This document shows, in pieces, positions 1 to 8,466 of a stretch of 64,000 bases of DNA. Both the position numbers and the translations under genes were made by a program. The notes beneath the pieces were generated by a model. It did no database searches. It saw only the letters and a program-made list of their open reading frames with translations, and was not told the DNA's origin. The DNA is from a virus, in IMG/VR virus record IMGVR_UViG_3300044843_000488, positions 10,308 through 74,307 of that record. One strand, given 5' to 3'. The first letter of the stretch is position 1, and each line of letters opens with the position of its first letter.

Positions 1-1
1 C

Positions 2-139
2 ACTCGTGAGGAAGTGCAAGAGCTGATTGACGCGGCTATTCGAAAACACAACAGAAACGCCAGCATCATCTCAGCCTTTTTGGGCTGGACGGTACTGGCG
101 TTTTACGCTGATGGTTTATTTAGGTTAGTTGGGCGCTAG
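2..139 (+). CDS. 3' part of a small membrane protein of a cyanophage-type family (partial)
   Basis: Manual translation TREEVQELIDAAIRKHNRNASIISAFLGWTVLAFYADGLFRLVGR*; hydrophobic C-terminus; resembles a recurrent small cyanophage protein. Confidence 0.6.
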   Translation, partial: TREEVQELIDAAIRKHNRNASIISAFLGWTVLAFYADGLFRLVGR

Positions 140-300
140 CCCTTACCTTGGCCTCTGTATTTTTTGCGAGCACTAGCACGCTTAGTGCGACCTGAAAAGA
201 CACGGGAACGCACACGCCAGCCGTCACCAATTCGTGTCCTTTTAGGCTTACCAGCGATATGAATAGTTCCGCTGAGTCCTTTCTTTGCGCGTACAGCCAT
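136..300 (-). CDS. Small basic protein (54 aa), cyanophage-type 'KYRGQGK' family
   Basis: Manual translation MAVRAKKGLSGTIHIAGKPKRTRIGDG...RKKYRGQGKG*; ATG overlaps the endolysin stop (TAATG). Confidence 0.7.
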   Translation of the reverse strand: MAVRAKKGLSGTIHIAGKPKRTRIGDGWRVRSRVFSGRTKRASARKKYRGQGKG

Positions 301-1490
301 TATTTGTTAAGAAGAATACCCCACCCAGTTCCTGGACCTTCAACAGTCCATCTGGGAAGGAAGTTTTTGATTGAATACTTAAGGTGATCACCGTTCTTAT
401 TAGCGAGATATCCGCCAGTAATCACGGACATTTCTCCGTAGGGGTCGTTGACCACTAGATAGGAATCGTCAAGCAGTCCAACGACCAAAAGCCAGTGCCC
501 CGTGCCAGTCGGCGCTGTATTCGGTCCTTTGTGCAGCACACCAATCGGCACTGGAATTCCCTTTTCCAGCTGAATCTTGATGTCGCTTAAGGCCAAATTC
601 TGTCGATACGACCCACGAACACCAAATGACTCCATAGCTCTAAGTTGAGCCTTGTAGTCAGTGGTATCTCCGAATTGCTGTACGCGCTTCAAGTAGAAAT
701 CATCTTTTTGACTACTTTGAAGCTTTCCTGGTCTCAAAAAGTCAACAGCCATCGCACAAGTGCTTGAAAAGCACATGCGATACGCCTGATCTGTTTCGGA
801 GTCAAGCTGGGAAAAGAAAGGAACCGGTAGATCTATGCCGGTGTCTTTATCTGATGGGAGTTTGGTAGTTGAACCGGCGTACTGATCAAGCAGCTTAATA
901 AGCTTGCGACTGTATGCCGGATCAGTTGCGTAACCCTCTTTCACTAAGAGCTGAGCAGCTTCTTCCCGAGTCGCGGCTCTATTGATTCCTTTGTACGCGT
1001 CGTAGTCTTTGTACCAGCGGTTAACAACGTAGTCGACACCCTCTTGGATAGAGGCGAAATTCATGAAGCGAGCCTCAATGGTTACCCACTCGCCCTTGAT
1101 AAACTCTTTCGTTGTCTTAATAGTTCCGCCAGTTCTACCTGTTTGCTTCACTCCCCAGAAATTGAACTTACCACTGGGGTAGCGGCCAAATCCAGACTCA
1201 AGTGCCCATTGTGCCGCAAGGACTTCAGGGAATTTAGCTCCGGCAATAGAGGCGGCTTTTTCAATACCTGCCCAGGTGTTTTCCACTTCGGCTGCAGGCT
1301 CTTGCTGAGGTGCTTTGGCGCGGAACAGCTCGATCCATTCAGCTTGTTCCACCATCAAGGATGGGTCAGCTTTTGCAACGTGTTGCTGAAGCAAGTCAAC
1401 AGCAGCGAGATGCTGAGGGTTATCGGGATTGAAGTATTTGAAAAAATCTCGCAGTTTGCCTGGTGCGAGAGCTAGATCAGACATTGTCAT
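300..1490 (-). CDS. Endolysin: GH73 glucosaminidase-like domain plus C39-like cysteine peptidase
   Basis: AQWALESG, NFWGVK and GYATDPAY (GH73/FlgJ motifs); VPFFSQLD..CFSSTCAM..GHWLLVVG..VNDPYG (C39-like Cys/His/Asp); start may be 1484. Confidence 0.85.
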   Translation of the reverse strand: MTMSDLALAPGKLRDFFKYFNPDNPQHLAAVDLLQQHVAKADPSLMVEQAEWIELFRAKAPQQEPAAEVENTWAGIEKAASIAGAKFPEVLAAQWALESGFGRYPSGKFNFWGVKQTGRTGGTIKTTKEFIKGEWVTIEARFMNFASIQEGVDYVVNRWYKDYDAYKGINRAATREEAAQLLVKEGYATDPAYSRKLIKLLDQYAGSTTKLPSDKDTGIDLPVPFFSQLDSETDQAYRMCFSSTCAMAVDFLRPGKLQSSQKDDFYLKRVQQFGDTTDYKAQLRAMESFGVRGSYRQNLALSDIKIQLEKGIPVPIGVLHKGPNTAPTGTGHWLLVVGLLDDSYLVVNDPYGEMSVITGGYLANKNGDHLKYSIKNFLPRWTVEGPGTGWGILLNK

Positions 1491-1719
1491 TATTTAACCA
1501 AGGTGCTCTAATTTCCATGGTCCCTCCAAGGAGTTCCTGGGCTTTAGAGCCATCGGGTGGATGCTCAACAAATTGGGGCTGGGGCTCTGATGGCTGGCCG
1601 GCATGCCACTCTTTCTCCGCCTGGTCAAGTTTTCCAGGAAGAGTGGTGTAGAACTTTTTAGCTTGAGCCCAGCGTAAAAACTCCTCCTGCCAAGAACGAG
1701 AGGAGAATCGCAGTTCTAC
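1477..1719 (-). CDS. Start-less 80-aa ORF, probable -1 frameshift extension of the upstream holin-like gene
   Basis: Open frame VELRFSSRSWQEEFLRW...ELLGGTMEIRAPWLNNDNV* fills the gap exactly; entered via A_AAA_AAG at 1725-1719. Confidence 0.65.
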   Translation of the reverse strand, partial: VELRFSSRSWQEEFLRWAQAKKFYTTLPGKLDQAEKEWHAGQPSEPQPQFVEHPPDGSKAQELLGGTMEIRAPWLNNDNV

Positions 1720-1874
1720 TTTTTTCCGGAACGGGCTTTCAGTACAAGCTGAAGCGCGGACGCGAGAAGCTGCAGCACGGAGTTTGATTTGACTTTGTCA
1801 TTGGGGATCAAAGCCAAGATCTCCGATACGGCAGTAAGGATTACCCAGAAAATGGGGGATTCAATAAGACCCAT
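1716..1874 (-). CDS. Small holin-like membrane protein (52 aa)
   Basis: MGLIESPIFWVILTAVSEILALIP..NSVLQLL..KARSGKK: two hydrophobic/amphipathic helices and a basic tail, upstream of the endolysin. Confidence 0.6.
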   Translation of the reverse strand: MGLIESPIFWVILTAVSEILALIPNDKVKSNSVLQLLASALQLVLKARSGKK

Positions 1875-2166
1875 TGTGATGAGCTTCAGGGGCTGACTTA
1901 TTGTAACCAATCAATATTTTGTCTAACTTGTAATCCATTCGGTCAATCCGGTTGTCAAGTCGCTCCATCAAGGCCGCAAGATCTTCCTTGTCCACATATT
2001 CTTTAGCCAGCCGAATCTCGATAGCATTCATGCGCTGGTCGACTTGCTCAACTCGTGTTGCATTCAGCTTCTCCATATCGTCAAACCGCTTGCCCAGAGT
2101 AAGGAGAGCAGATGCCGCCCCGCCTACTAGGCTGAGCGCAATGCTCAGAGGTAGTACAGGCTCCAC
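1861..2166 (-). CDS. Lysis-associated membrane/coiled-coil protein (holin- or spanin-like)
   Basis: N-terminal hydrophobic helix followed by a heptad-rich segment (EIRLAKEYVDKEDL..RIDRMDYKLD); first gene of the lysis cassette. Confidence 0.55.
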   Translation of the reverse strand: MEPVLPLSIALSLVGGAASALLTLGKRFDDMEKLNATRVEQVDQRMNAIEIRLAKEYVDKEDLAALMERLDNRIDRMDYKLDKILIGYNKSAPEAHHNGSY

Positions 2167-2237
2167 AAGTTCAACGCTTTTCTTTTAATATAACTAGATT
2201 TGTATTCTAAACTGTATTTATAGACTGGCTTTGTGCC

Positions 2238-2579
2238 GTGATTGAGCCGGGGACATACGACATCACCATTCATCAGGGTGCAACCTTTTCACTGGATCTC
2301 CAGTACAAGGATTCCACGGGTGCTGGTGTCAACATGACTGGTTATACAGTTGCTGGCAAGCTGGTCAATAGGCTCAATACTGCCGCCGTAGCTTCGTTCC
2401 AGACTTCTTGGGTAGACCAAAGCAACGGGAAGTTTCGCATTAAATTGTCTGCTCCTGTTACTGCTGGTATTACAAGCGAGTGTCAGTACGATGTGCTTAT
2501 CACGGAACCTGGCGGTGATAAATACTACATATTGCAGGGAAGAGCCTTCCTTGATCCTGGATTTACGGGGGTCCCGTGA
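2238..2579 (+). CDS. Virion structural beta-sandwich protein (fibre adaptor-like)
   Basis: YDITIHQGATF..YKDSTG..NMTGYT..YDVLI..ILQG pattern typical of fibre-attachment proteins. Confidence 0.6.
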   Translation: MIEPGTYDITIHQGATFSLDLQYKDSTGAGVNMTGYTVAGKLVNRLNTAAVASFQTSWVDQSNGKFRIKLSAPVTAGITSECQYDVLITEPGGDKYYILQGRAFLDPGFTGVP

Positions 2580-2860
2580 TTAACCACCAAGTTCAGGTGT
2601 CTCGCACACTTTCTAGTGTGTTACGTGTGACTGAAACTGCGACACAAGTCGAGGTTAAAAAGCCAGTCACATCTGTTGTGACACTCACAGCGCAAGGCCC
2701 TCAAGGCCCGTCAACTGCCGAGACTGGTTATTTCAATATCGCTGCAATTGACGCCCTGAGCTCAGGGGACATCGGAAAAGTTCTGGAGTGGGATGGTTCC
2801 GCTTTTACGCCCACAAATGAACTTGAAAACGACTTGACCATCACTGGAGGTGCCTTCTAA
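2576..2860 (+). CDS. Hypothetical fibre-associated protein
   Basis: Coupled to neighbours (GTGA, TAATG); QGPQGP motif; C-terminal GGAF like the next gene's GGTF. Confidence 0.55.
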   Translation: MINHQVQVSRTLSSVLRVTETATQVEVKKPVTSVVTLTAQGPQGPSTAETGYFNIAAIDALSSGDIGKVLEWDGSAFTPTNELENDLTITGGAF

Positions 2861-4149
2861 TGGCTGTCACTCTTAAAATCAAACGCAGAGCTAGTGCAGG
2901 TGCCGCTGGTGCCCCTAATGCTCTGAAGGCCGGCGAACTCGCTTACAACGAGAACACGGGCGATCAATCTCTTTACTACGGCTACGGCGACGATGGCAGT
3001 GGTAATGCCACTAGCGTCATCGCAATTGGCGGTTCTGGTGCTTACGCCACACTAAGCACCAACCAAACTATTTCCGGCAACAAGACCTTTACAGGTACCG
3101 TTGCGCTTGGTAGTGCGACTGTTACTGGTCTGGACACTACTGAAGTTTCCGAGGGGACTAATCTCTATTACACCGATGCCCGGGCACGGGGAGCAATCTC
3201 TGTAACGGATTCTGGTGGCGACGGATCTCTCTCCTATAACAGTTCGACTGGGGTTCTGACCTATACCGGCCCCTCTGCTGCCGAAGTCCGAGCTCACTTT
3301 AGTGCTACGTCGGCCTCCGGTGTTACTTACAACTCTTCAACTGGTGTCATTGCTCTGTCAGCTGTCCCGAACAGCTCCCTAGCAAACAGCAGTTTTTCCA
3401 TTAATTCAAATTCGGTCAGCCTAGGTGGCAGTGTCACCTTGGATACCGACGACATCGGTGAAGGTAGTACCAATAGGTACTACACCGACGCTCGGGCCCG
3501 TGCTGCAATTTCGGCAGCCAGTCCGACGACGGGGGTTGCCTACAACAGCACCACTGGTGTTATTAGCCTTGCGTCCATTCCCAATAGTGCGCTGTCTAAC
3601 AGCAGCATCACTATTAATGGTGTTGCTACGCCCTTGGGGGGATCGACCACCACCACTGCGGTCACCACTTCCCTCGGCGCCACGATCACGCTGCAGGGTA
3701 CAGCGGGCGAAGTTGATGTTGCTACTAATGCCGGGACCGGGACCTTCACCATTGGTCTCCCGGATATTGTCAACATTACAGACGATCTGAATGTTGGCGG
3801 TGATCTTACTGTTACAGGCGATCTGACTGTAAACGGTGCCATCACCAGCCTGTCAACGACCGAAGTAAAGGTCGAAGATAAGAATATTGTTCTTGGTGAC
3901 ACTGCTTCACCTACTAACACCACGGCTGACGGTGGTGGTATTACCCTTAAAGGCGCTAGCGATTACACCATCACTTGGGTTAACGCTACAAGCTCCTGGA
4001 GCTTTAACCAGTCGGTTAACGTCACCTCAGGTGGGTACAAAGTTGCTGGAACTGAAGTTTTGAGCAGTTCCCGAGTAATGAGCAATGTCGCCATTACTGG
4101 TAGTGGCAACACTATTGATAACGTGACCCTTGATGGGGGAACTTTCTGA
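2860..4149 (+). CDS. Tail/head fibre protein
   Basis: N-terminal IKRR..AP..L..GELAYN motif; Ser/Thr/Gly-rich; repeated EG.TN.YYTDARAR and YNSSTGV; DLTVTGDLTVNG beta-helix-like repeats. Confidence 0.75.
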   Translation: MAVTLKIKRRASAGAAGAPNALKAGELAYNENTGDQSLYYGYGDDGSGNATSVIAIGGSGAYATLSTNQTISGNKTFTGTVALGSATVTGLDTTEVSEGTNLYYTDARARGAISVTDSGGDGSLSYNSSTGVLTYTGPSAAEVRAHFSATSASGVTYNSSTGVIALSAVPNSSLANSSFSINSNSVSLGGSVTLDTDDIGEGSTNRYYTDARARAAISAASPTTGVAYNSTTGVISLASIPNSALSNSSITINGVATPLGGSTTTTAVTTSLGATITLQGTAGEVDVATNAGTGTFTIGLPDIVNITDDLNVGGDLTVTGDLTVNGAITSLSTTEVKVEDKNIVLGDTASPTNTTADGGGITLKGASDYTITWVNATSSWSFNQSVNVTSGGYKVAGTEVLSSSRVMSNVAITGSGNTIDNVTLDGGTF

Positions 4150-4157
4150 TTTAACCT

Positions 4158-4484
4158 ATGGCTAACACTATCCGGATAAAAAGAAGCTCGGTTCCAGGCA
4201 AGGTACCAAGTGTTTCAGACCTTAGTGGAGGTGAGCTAGCTGTCAATATTGCAGATGGCAAGCTGTTTACCCGCAAGGAATCTGGTGGTGTTGCGTCGAT
4301 CGTTGAAATTGGGTCCGCAGGCGGAGCCTCATCCGCTTCCGGACCTATTTTGCTTAGTCAACAAACAATTGCAGAAAGTATTGTTTTGACCTCTGGATAC
4401 AATGGAGTATCGGTAGGCCCAGTTGAAGTGGCCGCTGGGGTGACCGTGGAGGTGCCCACCAACGCAACCTGGGCAGTTATCTGA
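4158..4484 (+). CDS. Short fibre-associated protein
   Basis: Same IKRS..P..L..GELAVN N-terminal motif as the preceding gene. Confidence 0.6.
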   Translation: MANTIRIKRSSVPGKVPSVSDLSGGELAVNIADGKLFTRKESGGVASIVEIGSAGGASSASGPILLSQQTIAESIVLTSGYNGVSVGPVEVAAGVTVEVPTNATWAVI

Positions 4485-4485
4485 A

Positions 4486-5421
4486 ATGCCGTACGGAACA
4501 GTAAAGGTCGATCAAATTACGACCAGCACCCAAACTGTAAATGTAGATGGACTGGCAGCTAAAGCGTCACCAGCGTTAACTGGTACGCCCACAGCACCAA
4601 CTGCAGCAGTTGACACTAATACTACTCAGATTGCTACTACTGCCTTTGTTGTAGGTCAGGCAGGTGGCAATACCCCGGTGATGAACGGCGCGGCAGCTGC
4701 GGGAACAGCTACCCGTTTCTCGCGTGAAGATCATGTTCACGCCTCGGATACAAGTAAAGCAAACGTCGCAAGCCCGACGTTCACGGGGACGCCGGCCGCA
4801 CCTACTGCTGCTGCGGATACCAATACGACACAGCTTGCCACCACTGCCTTTGTTGTGGGTCAGGCAAGCAGTTCGACGCCAGTTATGGACGGCGTCGCGG
4901 CCGTAGGTACTTCACTTAAATACGCGAGAGCTGATCACGTTCATGCCTCGGATACCTCGAAGGCCAACCTTGCTAGTCCCACGCTAACCGGCTCACCTTC
5001 AGCTCCGACAGCCGCCGCCGACACCAATACGACGCAGATTGCTACTACTGCTTTTGTTCTTGGACAAGCAGCCAGTACCACTCCCGCTACAAATGGTACG
5101 GCTACGGTTGGCACGTCGCTCAAGTACGCCCGCGCTGACCACGTTCATGAGACCGATACTTCTAGGGCTCCTGCGGCAGCACCCGTTTTTACGAGCAGCG
5201 TCACACTAAACGCACAGGCACCGATTCGTTTTGCTGATTCCGACAGCACCCATTGGGTAGCTTTCAGAGCCCCTGCTGCCATTACCGCAAACGTGACCTG
5301 GACTCTGCCAGCGAGCGATGGCACGGCTAACCAAGTTCTCAGGACTGACGGATCTGCCAATCTTTCGTGGATGACTATCGCAGCTGGCGCATCGGTTGGT
5401 GTTGCAATTGCCCTGGGGTAA
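4486..5421 (+). CDS. Tail fibre protein with phage fibre repeats
   Basis: Three ASP.LTG.PTAPTAA.DTNTTQIATTAFV repeats; C-terminal VAIALG. Confidence 0.8.
   Translation: MPYGTVKVDQITTSTQTVNVDGLAAKASPALTGTPTAPTAAVDTNTTQIATTAFVVGQAGGNTPVMNGAAAAGTATRFSREDHVHASDTSKANVASPTFTGTPAAPTAAADTNTTQLATTAFVVGQASSSTPVMDGVAAVGTSLKYARADHVHASDTSKANLASPTLTGSPSAPTAAADTNTTQIATTAFVLGQAASTTPATNGTATVGTSLKYARADHVHETDTSRAPAAAPVFTSSVTLNAQAPIRFADSDSTHWVAFRAPAAITANVTWTLPASDGTANQVLRTDGSANLSWMTIAAGASVGVAIALG
4561..5170 (+). repeat. Three tandem ~204-bp (68-aa) intragenic repeats
   Basis: gttca(c/t)g..cggatac-type anchors recur at ~4735, ~4939 and ~5143 (period 204). Confidence 0.85.
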
Positions 5422-5466
5422 CCCACTGAGCTCTTTTGCTACATTCGGCTGTACGCTCAAGGCGTT

Positions 5467-6267
5467 ATGCCATTTAACAGAAAAAATCTCTATCTACATC
5501 TTCGGGAAGATTCGTATAGGGGCGTTCTCCCTCCTCCCGTTGCAGCAGCAAGAGAGCTGCCTAAGTGGTGGAAAAATATGGACTACACTGTCGACCCTAA
5601 GCGGCATCCGCATCGGTTTGGCAATGTTTACGACCCCAAATTCTGGGCGGCTTTTAGCAAAAAAGATGCGGCCCTAATTTCGCAACCTTCAGTCAAGGGG
5701 TGTCCAGCAATCGCTGACTGGATGACCAGTGGCTTCATCATCAGACTTTGGTCCGATGTCCTTATTGTCAAAACTGAAGAAGGCGAAGTAAAGGTTAATC
5801 ACGGCGACAAGCTTTTCGATGAACAAATCCATGGATTTGATGTCGATATGATGTTTGGCCCTGACTCCGGGATTGAGTCTAAAACCCTCATCAAGCTCAG
5901 TGCACCGTGGACGATTACCGGTGACCCTGGGGTCTCCGTTCTCTACGAACCGGTTCCTGGTTACTTTGATCGGCCTTGGCGAACGTTTTCTGGAATTGTT
6001 CCAGTTGATCAGTACCCCTTAGACGTGAAATGGATTTTTGAATTCACGGGGCCAGTCGGTGAGCATTTGGTCCCCGCTGGCACTCCGATTCTGAGGATGC
6101 TTCCTATTTATCGAACCAATTTCTCGTTAGAAGCTGGGAAGGATCTTGATCCCGCTGCAGATAGAAGCCGTTGTCCCTACTTCATGCTTAGAAAAGCTGT
6201 AGCTGACAGGTGGAGTTTCATGTCAAAACTGTTCTCCAATAAGTATGAAGACGGCAGTTCCAGTTGA
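5467..6267 (+). CDS. Conserved phage protein (DUF6065-like) often linked to 2OG oxygenases
   Basis: VKGCPAIADWMTSGFII, PW.I, PAGTPILRMLPI motifs. Confidence 0.55.
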   Translation: MPFNRKNLYLHLREDSYRGVLPPPVAAARELPKWWKNMDYTVDPKRHPHRFGNVYDPKFWAAFSKKDAALISQPSVKGCPAIADWMTSGFIIRLWSDVLIVKTEEGEVKVNHGDKLFDEQIHGFDVDMMFGPDSGIESKTLIKLSAPWTITGDPGVSVLYEPVPGYFDRPWRTFSGIVPVDQYPLDVKWIFEFTGPVGEHLVPAGTPILRMLPIYRTNFSLEAGKDLDPAADRSRCPYFMLRKAVADRWSFMSKLFSNKYEDGSSS

Positions 6268-6913
6268 GCCACAATTACTTTTTCGGAACACCATCATTCC
6301 GGCTACCCGGGCTATTGACCTGGGACGTTTAATCCTTGACAACAACGAGGATTTTGTAGACGGTGGGTGCTACATAGAACACCGGTGGCCCCATGGCTAT
6401 GACCAGTTCAACTGGCTCAGGACGTCCCTTGGTGATGAGCTAGTGCCTGGCATTCAGGCGGCTTTGACTGAACTGGGTTACTCACGCGCTTTTGCCGCAG
6501 CCTGCTGGGTCTCTATCTACCGTCCTGGGGACTGGATTGAGCCGCATATGCATGGCTGGGATAACGATCCCTACACTTTTCTCACAGGTACTCTGTGTCT
6601 GAGTGCCCCGAATAATGGCAAAGGTCTGGCTCTCGGTTTAGATGGTGCGGGGCAACCCTGGACTTGGATCGCTGACGTCCCGGGTCAAATGTTGCTGTTC
6701 AATTCCACTCTGATGCATGGGACTGATCCTCACGTAGGACCAGAGCCTAGAGTCATTGTGAGCTTTGATATTTATCCAGAGGGCGTCGCCCGTCCTGCAA
6801 TCGTTGATAGCAACGAGCAGCGGTTTGCTCACTATTCTGCTTTCACTTCACTTTATTCCTTACCCGAATACGAGCTGTTAGACAGCAAAAGACCACCATG
6901 TCAGGCAAGTTGA
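6245..6913 (+). CDS. Putative 2OG-Fe(II) oxygenase (TIGR02466-like)
   Basis: WVSIY..PHMH, LTGTLCL, PGQMLLFNSTLMH, RVIVSFDI. Confidence 0.8.
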   Translation: MKTAVPVEPQLLFRNTIIPATRAIDLGRLILDNNEDFVDGGCYIEHRWPHGYDQFNWLRTSLGDELVPGIQAALTELGYSRAFAAACWVSIYRPGDWIEPHMHGWDNDPYTFLTGTLCLSAPNNGKGLALGLDGAGQPWTWIADVPGQMLLFNSTLMHGTDPHVGPEPRVIVSFDIYPEGVARPAIVDSNEQRFAHYSAFTSLYSLPEYELLDSKRPPCQAS

Positions 6914-7230
6914 GCCCGTCAGTTCTCCTCAAGTTTTCTTCTGAAAACTGCGGTTTATGCAAGAGGATGGCGTTTCATGATCAAGCCATTGCTGCTGAAT
7001 TTGAGTTGGAATTCAAGGAGGTCTATCCAGACAGCTGCTCTGAACAAGCACTGACTCAACTCTTTAATAGTTTTGTGGCTGTTGACGAAATATTCGGCTG
7101 GCCAACTTATGTCCTTGCGTCTCGTGGAGAGCAAGGAGAGTTGACCCCCTTGGCGAAATACCAAGGAGGGTTGCCTAAAGCTCGATTTAGAGAAGTTATT
7201 GCCGGGCTTGTCGAGCAGACAGCTATTTAG
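6898..7230 (+). CDS. Thioredoxin-fold protein
   Basis: KFSSENCGLC (CxxC) and GWPTY (cis-Pro loop); resembles a picocyanobacterial family. Confidence 0.75.
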   Translation: MSGKLSPSVLLKFSSENCGLCKRMAFHDQAIAAEFELEFKEVYPDSCSEQALTQLFNSFVAVDEIFGWPTYVLASRGEQGELTPLAKYQGGLPKARFREVIAGLVEQTAI

Positions 7231-8465
7231 TACGCACTGTTTGAGAGCGTACCGCGCTCTCGGAAATAAACGCGCACGGTACCACCACCGCCGTACCCAC
7301 TCCAGCTTGAATAGTCTGAGTAGCAATTCTGTTGGTAGCCAATATACGGGAAGATATACCAATAGCGTCTGACATTTCCGCAGTGGTCACCACAACCATC
7401 AGAAGTTCCAGGGTCGGAGTGATAGCCTCGAAATACTTGGAAGTAGCCGTTATTCCACCCCGGCGAGTAGCCCGAGACGAAGTGATTGATATTCTGAGAA
7501 CTAACGCAGTAGCTGCTGGTATTATTTAGCCTACCTGACCACCAACCAACTGTGTTGTTGTTAAACCAACCAAAATCAAAGTGCCCAGATGAGATATTGC
7601 TGATATTCCTGGCATTTCTTGAGCCTACGCCAGGGTCTCCTTCCATAAAGCTGTCCATGGCAAACTTGTAGTTACCCGTGGTTTGCTCCAACAGGTATTC
7701 ATGTCTACCGCTAGTGCTGTACGTTCTGCGACCCTCCATATACGCAAAGGCGTTGTAGTGGGACGTATCCGTATCAAATGAGGTAAGGTTGTAATTGCTG
7801 ACAGTATTGGATGGGGCGGTCTTGCTGGCCGATGAAATCGAAGGCTGATTAAAGAACCGAGTCCAGCCCCCGCCGTCAGTCGTCATGTCACAGTACAACT
7901 GCCTGGCATTCGTACCATCCACGCTCCTAATCCAATAGTTACCGGAACTGGTAAACCCCGAGTTGAGAAGACTTTTAGCGGAACCGGCGCCGTCGCTACT
8001 GTTGGCGCCTGAGGCTCTTCTTGCGGCAGTACCACTAAAACTGTTGCAGGAGAAACCTTCGGTCGTTCTAAAGCATCCGGCTGAGCAGCTATACGTAAGA
8101 TTTGTATTGGGACTTGCGTAGGCTGTGGTATTCGTGATCGTGAGGGTACCTCCCGAGATACTCCAGTTAGTACCCGAATAAGCTCCTGAGGCCACGCTCA
8201 ATGTCGTAGAACCTAAATCACCTGAAAGACTGATCGTCCCGCCGTTACCAACGATATTTTCAGAAAAACTAATCGTAAAGCTAGATACGGCAGTAAAGCT
8301 GCTCGGGGTAGCGGTAACTGTGGCAGCCGCTTTTGAACTTGGTCTGTTGTTTCTTCTACGCTGAGCCCCCTCGTATTCACGGCCAGCTAGACCCGGGTGA
8401 GCCGAAGTGTTTTGAGAGGGGCGGCCCGCCAAGTAACCACCCTGAGAGTTGTTAATCGATGCCAT
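7227..8465 (-). CDS. Receptor-binding-like protein, Ig-like plus fibrinogen-like domain (copy 2)
   Basis: SGNYWI..LYCDMTTDGGGWT fibrinogen-like signature; paralog of 9332..10603. Confidence 0.75.
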   Translation of the reverse strand: MASINNSQGGYLAGRPSQNTSAHPGLAGREYEGAQRRRNNRPSSKAAATVTATPSSFTAVSSFTISFSENIVGNGGTISLSGDLGSTTLSVASGAYSGTNWSISGGTLTITNTTAYASPNTNLTYSCSAGCFRTTEGFSCNSFSGTAARRASGANSSDGAGSAKSLLNSGFTSSGNYWIRSVDGTNARQLYCDMTTDGGGWTRFFNQPSISSASKTAPSNTVSNYNLTSFDTDTSHYNAFAYMEGRRTYSTSGRHEYLLEQTTGNYKFAMDSFMEGDPGVGSRNARNISNISSGHFDFGWFNNNTVGWWSGRLNNTSSYCVSSQNINHFVSGYSPGWNNGYFQVFRGYHSDPGTSDGCGDHCGNVRRYWYIFPYIGYQQNCYSDYSSWSGYGGGGTVRVYFRERGTLSNSAY

Positions 8466-8466
8466 T

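Noticed and set aside
2170-7230. Recombinase-driven invertible fibre segment
   Set aside because: No flanking inverted repeats seen and no invertase in the window
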